Shown here piece by piece: positions 57,301 through 64,000 of a stretch of 64,000 nt of DNA. Source of the DNA: Adineta vaga (lineage: Eukaryota; Animalia; Rotifera); assembly GCA_021613535.1 (NCBI GenBank), contig CP075497.1, positions 6,882,001 to 6,946,000 of the forward strand, given 5' to 3'. The first letter of the stretch is position 1; each line of letters begins with the position of its first letter. The notes under the pieces were generated by a model. The model did no database searches. It had not been told where the DNA came from and was given only the letters and a program-made list of their open reading frames with translations. The translations under genes and the position numbers were made by a program.

Positions 57301-58928
57301 TGCAAGAAAGAAGAGAATTATTATTACTATAATATACAGTATGATGTCGATGAGTCATCAGAATTTGTTTCTAATAAAGGACAAATGCCAATATTCGCGA
57401 GATAAACTTCCACTAAGAATGATGAAGAAAAATATCGAAAGATTATTACAAAAATGAGATAAATGAAAAATTTTCTAATCTTCTTTTATTAAAATAGAAA
57501 ACAAACAAAATCAAAACGATTGATGGCGCTATTTGTCTATCGACTCATTGCTTTGCACTCCATTTAACTTTGATGAGAAGGAAAATATTCAAAAACATTT
57601 CTATGTATGTTTGTCGCAAAATTAATCAAAACCAAATTGTATTGATAATTTGCATTGCAAGGTAAAAATAGAGTTAACTACGCAGATCGAAAATATTGTT
57701 TACTTGTCACTACAATCTATTGGAAATATATTACGAACTTATTTTAGAATAAATGAAAATATTTTGTTTGATTTTAGAAAAAAAAATCTCAAAGATAAAA
57801 TTATAAAAATTCTATTTTTATGAATATACAGAAGATATACATATGACTGACTGCTAGCGACAATGATTATCTTTGGTATGTAGAATGCATGTCAATCGTA
57901 GGATGTGAAAGAAATTTCATAGATATTTCGTTTGCCTACAAGAAATGACCACACCTACACTCTCAATAATCTTCATACAATCGCATAAAATGATTAGAAA
58001 ATCTTATATATATATACAAGTTTCTCGACTCATTGAAATGAATAAACACAACATGAAAATAGTTTAAGTTCATTTTCGCAATCACGTGAATATGTAACAA
58101 CAAAACATTGAAATAATACATTGTTAAATATCATATCAAAATCTGTTTTTCACACTCCCACATCATCGTTTCGTTGAATTGATGAAGTATCAACATATCT
58201 GATTAAGTACTTGGCGGTTTTTTCAACAAGTATCTATATATTATTTACATAATTCTCAAACGCCAGAAAATGTCAAGACGTATTTCAAAAGATATATTGA
58301 GTACACACATACTTCGAGGTAGATCTAATCTATCTATCTGTCTTTTTTTATAGCGATATATTATTATTGATCGTACCAGAAAACTGCTGTCAACCTCATT
58401 ATGAAATCATACGAATGTTCGACACTTATTAGTAGATGACATACCATTTGAAAGAGTTCGAATAGTACACAAATCATACTTGTTCTATAGTCTCCAAATA
58501 CTTACCGGCATCATTTAAATTGAAAGTTTAGAAAAGAAAACATTGATGAAACTCATATTGTTAGCAGTGTGACTAAACCTTCTACGCATTTTAGTTCGCT
58601 ATACAAAATTTGTAATTTATTTTGTGCTTAATTATCACCTATTGCATAAAAAATAACATATTTTTTTACATATTTCTTCCAGATAGTAAATATTGTTTTC
58701 GATATTGAAATGTCTGCACAATCGATAACAATGAAGGTTGTAAGAATGATTTATTAGTATGATGACTAATCAACAATGATGAAAAGATCTATATATGTAT
58801 TCTACACATCTTTACCAATCGTTTGGATTTTGATTTTTTGTTCGAATTATTAAATATTTCATATTACTATATTTACATAAATTTTAATAACGAATGAAAA
58901 CGAAAAAGAAAAGCACATTCTCACAATT

Positions 58929-61199
58929 TTATTGTAATGTAGTAAAAGCACGTACACGTCTTTCGTCTGTACTAAATTCATTATCAATCTGTAAAGATAA
59001 ATGTTTGTTTTGACGGTTAAGCATTGTTCTAGTTGTTTCACCATTTAATAAAACTTCGATGCTTTTTCTACCTCTCAATGATGATGACATACCATTCGAT
59101 GTCGATCGAAGCATATTTTCCGTTCTCAATGGACATGTCAGTTGTGTAAAACGTCGATTGGTTTTGTTCATTATACCCATTTTAAAGAAAAATCGACGAA
59201 CTTTCTGCATAAATATACTTCGAAACTTCTTTCCAGCTAAACAATAAAGAAAAAAATTGAAAATATGTGGTAAATCAGACAAAATATCTTGTATAACACT
59301 CGAATAGAATCCAAATTTATATAATGTTATATCATGATCAGTAATATCTGAACATAAACGTCCAACTAATAATTGTCTTGTATCATAAAATTTAACCAAT
59401 ACAAAGAAAAGTGTATTTGGAATATTACATATGATTAAGGATAATGTTACAGCTAAGAGCATACGTGTTACTTGTGCACTTGCACGTCGTTTAGCTGCTA
59501 GAACAAGATCTGTTGTTGTAGTTGATGAACTTGCTGAACTACGAAATCGAAAGGATGGAACTGATATACGAGAACTGTTGAGTTGAGGTTCAGTTTCACG
59601 TTTTGGACTGTCGTCCGATAATTTCGAGTCTGGTGAAATGTTTGAATCACGATGTAATATAACAGCTATGACAATATTTGTTACTGTAATTATACCTAAA
59701 AGGAAAGATTTCGTACAATAGTTATCAATCTATAATCACATAATTGACAATCACTTTCTTCGCACTGTTCGTGACAAACATGACTACTTTCATTCTAGGT
59801 CAAATTTAATTAGAATATTCTTTCTTTACTTACATTGTCATATCTTTTCTAATGACAAAACTAAGAACGAGATGAATGTTGTTAGTTTCAAGATTGACTG
59901 CTGACTTTAAAAGGATAATCTAACCTAGAGGAACTTCTAATAGAGATGTCGTAGAATGTTAATGATATTGCCTCGAGTTGGATCTTAAGATTTTTCTTCG
60001 AGCTATTCAATTCTATACGTGTAAATTGTGTCTATAGTATATAATAAATAGTATATAAAACTCATTAGATAGCTTGATCTAAATATAGTTACAATAGAAG
60101 AACTCTGTGATAATGTTTCCGTTTAATAAGGAAATAGAAACAGAAGTAATTAAAAAAAATTTCTTCAGTGTTAATTTAGTGTCTCATATACACGATGCTT
60201 AAACGCACAACACAAAATCAATTTCTATGTTTGAATAATCTTTCTCAATAGAATTAGAGTTTCCGTATTGTTAGAAATCGAATTGTGTTCTTTCGACAAA
60301 ATTCTTAAGCGTAGTTGAATTCATACTAAATATGAACATGTTTTTTTAATCTAGTATTTGAAACGACAATTCCCTGGAAACAATTTAATTATTCGATAGC
60401 ATTTTATTCAATTGTGAATCAAACTCGATTGTATTATAAGGATAATCTTATTGTTAATAATGATGATAGATCTGTTTTCTCTGAAAATTGATGCTGGATA
60501 TTTGACATGAAATACATACTCATTGGTAAAATTGATGCTGTAAGAAGATCTACAATAAATAAATCTTCGTGCAATCCACAATATTTACGACGATTTCTTG
60601 ATATTCGTATTCCTGATAGTCGTAGAAATGCCAGATTTGCCAAAAAAAGTATAAGAATTGCAAAACAACAAATATAACAAGCTCGTCGAATCGTGACCCA
60701 TATACCAGATTTCAATGGATAAGTCACAGCAAAAGCTTTATCTCTAGAATTAAAAAAAAAATCATCATTCGATCAATGATTCTAAATGATCATGAAAACC
60801 TTACAAGCTCATTAGTGCAATCGTCCACATCGAAACAGAAATACTCGTATTCATTAAAACATACAAAGCTTTACATACAGATGGAATTAAGAGGAAAATC
60901 TGATGGCCTTTTTCAATCGATTGATAATTGATTTCTGCACGAATATATTTTAATGTAATAGCTAAAATATCGAATACGGCGAGAAAACGTAAAAAAACAA
61001 TAGTCGTCGATTTATTCGATATACGTGGACGAGAAAGAACAAGAAGACATAGTGTATTAAATAAGATACCAGGAACGATTAATAAACGTAGATAAGTTGC
61101 ATTCAATAATTTAAAAACTAAATAACTTGGTGAATAGACACGTGTTTGTAATGAACACGACAAGAGTGTTAATGATGAGATATTAATCGTGGAATTCAT
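58929..61199 (-). CDS. Class A peptide-receptor-like GPCR, three exons
   Basis: PGILFNTLCLLVL, FLAVFD, CK, MSL|DKAFAVTYPLK, VTRMLLAVTLSLIICNIP, HIFNFFLYCLAGKKFR. Confidence 0.9.
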
Positions 61200-63352
61200 T
61201 GTTCTAAAAGAAAATATTCAGATTTCTTTACTGTTTTATATTTTGTTTCTAAAATATCTAATTATAAAAATAACGATAACAACTACCGGTATTTATATAT
61301 CAAGCAGAAGAAAATAATTAAAATAGAAAATCTTGTTCTTCTCGGAAAAATAAATTTTTCTTTTCTCTTCTTCTTCTTCTTCTTCTTCGTCGATATTAAA
61401 CTATGCATCCTATTGTTGTATAACTGATAAAACTATCGATTCTTTTGCTCGACTTCAAAAATCGATAGAATGGCAAAAAGAAAACAAATACCCATTCTCT
61501 ATACGTACCACGCATTGATGTTCGTTTTTTTTCCTTGTCTAATGCATAACATTAACAGTCTTGAATGTCTGTCGTCGAAATCTCTATCATGGCAGTATCT
61601 TTCTGACACTTTAAGTATATATAGGAAGGCCATCATCGTCATCAGTTTCGGTTTGATAATTATTTGATGTGTCATCCATCTTCTCTAATTATTCTAAATT
61701 ACAATAAATAACAAAAACGATAGCCTTCATGAACGATCCTCTATTGTACGTATCACTCTTCTCAGTACTCATTTCCTTCGTTAACAATATTTTTTTTCTC
61801 TGAAAAAGAAAACTAGAATCATTACTTCCGACTTCTCGACAACAAATAAACCATAGCTTACTTTCTGTTTAATTATTATTATACGAATAAATTAAGTAAG
61901 AAAGTACGTCAACAACATTATGAACATATGCGTTATTGACTCTTTTTTTATATACCTGTTTAGTCAAGCAGAACGATCGTCATTATGTATTCTAATACGA
62001 AAGATATGTATGTTTATATATGTCCTTTGTGTATTTAAATAAGAAAGATTCGTGCAAGTTCTATATGACATTATATTATCATGCAAATGAACACATCAAT
62101 TCATCAGTTTAGTAATCTTAGTAGTGATTTAAAAGCAGAAAATATTTTTCTCTTTCTTTCTTTCTTCTCTGACAAATGATATTTCATTGTATTTTTAATG
62201 AAAAAGAAGTGTTTTTTACTTAGAAGTATCAACTAGTAAATAACGAAAATAATACATACATATCTTATCTTTGAATGTAGGCGTTGTTGAGTTTTACTAC
62301 TTAACGTTTATTTTGATCATACTAATTTATCATCGATTTCATCTCAATAAAAATACTCTGATATGATTTATGAAAAATGTAAACGTGTCGCTTAGGTTTT
62401 CTTCGTACGGAAACATCATTCACTTTTCTATCGTTCTATCTGTTGCATTCATAGAAAAATGATTCTTTTCTCTATCAAATAAATAAACAAGACCACATCA
62501 ATGCATAAGGAGATGAAGACCCCCCACAGTTCGTCTCATTCATATTCAACAATACGATAAGAAAATTCAACTATATAAATTTATGTTCGTCAAGGTCAAC
62601 TGTTAACACCCTGAAAAAAAAAGTCTGTGCAACTTATTATAAATTAATCTTTCATACAATTTGACACAAGTCTATATGTTTTTTTCTGTCGTCTACAATC
62701 AATCGAAATGTTCGTATAAGTGGAAAATTCATTGATACGTTTTTTCTTCTTCTCATAACTCGAGGAAATCTTTTGATTGACATGTGTCTAGTTATCTATG
62801 GACTAGATTATTTTTTCTTCCGTTCATATTTCTTATTGTAATCAGTTGTTGTATAAGAGAAGAGATTTGAATGAAATAACAATGTCTTATATTGATGTAT
62901 TTCTTTGTTTATATGAACTCATTGATCAGAATTAATTTATTGGCAATTGCAAAAAAAGAAAAATCAAAATCAATCACTATAGAAATGAATTGCATGTTGT
63001 TGTTTTTTCTCTTTTATACGAACGGATACATGCAAAAAGAAATCAAAAAAAAGATTACCTGACTGTCAATGCATTATTCAAGAAAGTAATATTTACAAAT
63101 CAACGAATCAACAATAGTATTAATTGGAAGATGCCGAAGTTGTTTGACGATGAAGGATTTTATCAGAAATATAAAAATATAAAAATATTTTGAAAAGATC
63201 ATGAATATGAATTCAAAATGGAATCTTTTCGTAGAAAATTTCAATGTTTCCATACTTAGTCGAGTTTTTCATTCAAAACACAGTGTAATGAGAAAAAAGT
63301 TCATCTGACATTGTTGTTTCAATAGTTATGTTATGAAAGAACGAATGATCTT

Positions 63353-63631
63353 TCAATCATTACTAGACAAGAAATAATTCTTAGACAATCTAATAAACAG
63401 CATTTTGTAAAGATCTATTTTTGCATTAGCGTATGAGTAATGATTGGCATTTTCTCTTTGATAACGAATATAACTGTCATTACACCATAGCATGCGCTCC
63501 AGACAATGTGTAATTATAAGTCTTTGTTTTCGGATCAATTTGTATATAAGACATCTGTCAATGGAATTGTAATATTCAGTGTTATTTTCAGCCTTAACTC
63601 TGTAATAATATCTATAACTGAGATCAATCAT
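63353..63631 (-). pseudogene. Possible decayed fragment of an ADP-ribosyltransferase/TPR-associated family gene
   Basis: Weak resemblance from memory only (MIDL..RYY, W..DSY, IDLYKM.FI.L); no catalytic motifs seen. Confidence 0.2.
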
Positions 63632-64000
63632 CAGCTATTCTATCTGGCATAATAACTATGAGAAAACATAAATATTATCTATTGATTAGGTCAACTTAAC
63701 AGATGATACTATGAAAATGTTTATTTTCAAATAAGCTTTAGTTGTAAAATTAGATGTTATTTACCATCTTTACGCGATACAAGAAAGAAAAGAAATTGAA
63801 CTGAATAGTAGTAATTTTTAATTAGAAAGACTCTTACATCCTCTTTTTGATAATGATTGACAAAGACAAAGGATGTCATATTCATTTATCTAGCTGTCGA
63901 TCTAACTCTGACTATTCATATCTATATATATATGCATGCCAACGTTACCTAATTAAATTTGATATATTACAAGAAAACAATAACTAATGAAAATTATTAT

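Noticed and set aside
54400-58900. Short ORFs and (AT)n palindromes upstream of MAST
   Set aside because: AT-rich non-coding sequence; hairpins are trivial products of dinucleotide repeats

Overview
AT-rich (roughly 30% GC by eye) eukaryotic DNA with many short (about 50-65 nt) GT-AG introns. The gene content best fits a bdelloid rotifer (inference): an expanded DQY-type rhodopsin GPCR family, an F-box/LRR-like gene, divergent Argonautes and bacterial-type genes among metazoan ones. The supplied ORF track uses non-ATG starts and ignores introns, so genes were re-assembled by hand. Left to right: two GPCRs, an F-box/LRR-like gene, a tandem pair of Argonautes, a tandem pair of AdipoR/PAQR genes, Vps34, glutaminyl cyclase, two small secreted 8-Cys peptide precursors, an EFHC1-like gene, tRNA-Pro(UGG), a small tandem-LIR protein, FNTB, a YfcG/YghU-type GST, SPATA20, a Dabb-domain gene, a GPCR pseudogene, an SLC52 riboflavin transporter, a probable MRPL34, MRPL24, a MAST kinase and a peptide-type GPCR. 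Main points of interest: (1) the Argonaute pair is a mosaic, near-identical (introns included) in N/L1, L2 and PIWI but strongly diverged in the guide-end-binding parts of PAZ and MID, and both have a DEDD tetrad; (2) a candidate new family of C-terminally amidated 8-Cys secreted peptides; (3) operon-like co-oriented clusters with polyA signals and unpaired splice acceptors in 49-126 nt gaps (MRPL24-MRPL34; SPATA20-GST-FNTB); (4) four small frameshifts in conserved genes, which may be assembly errors.
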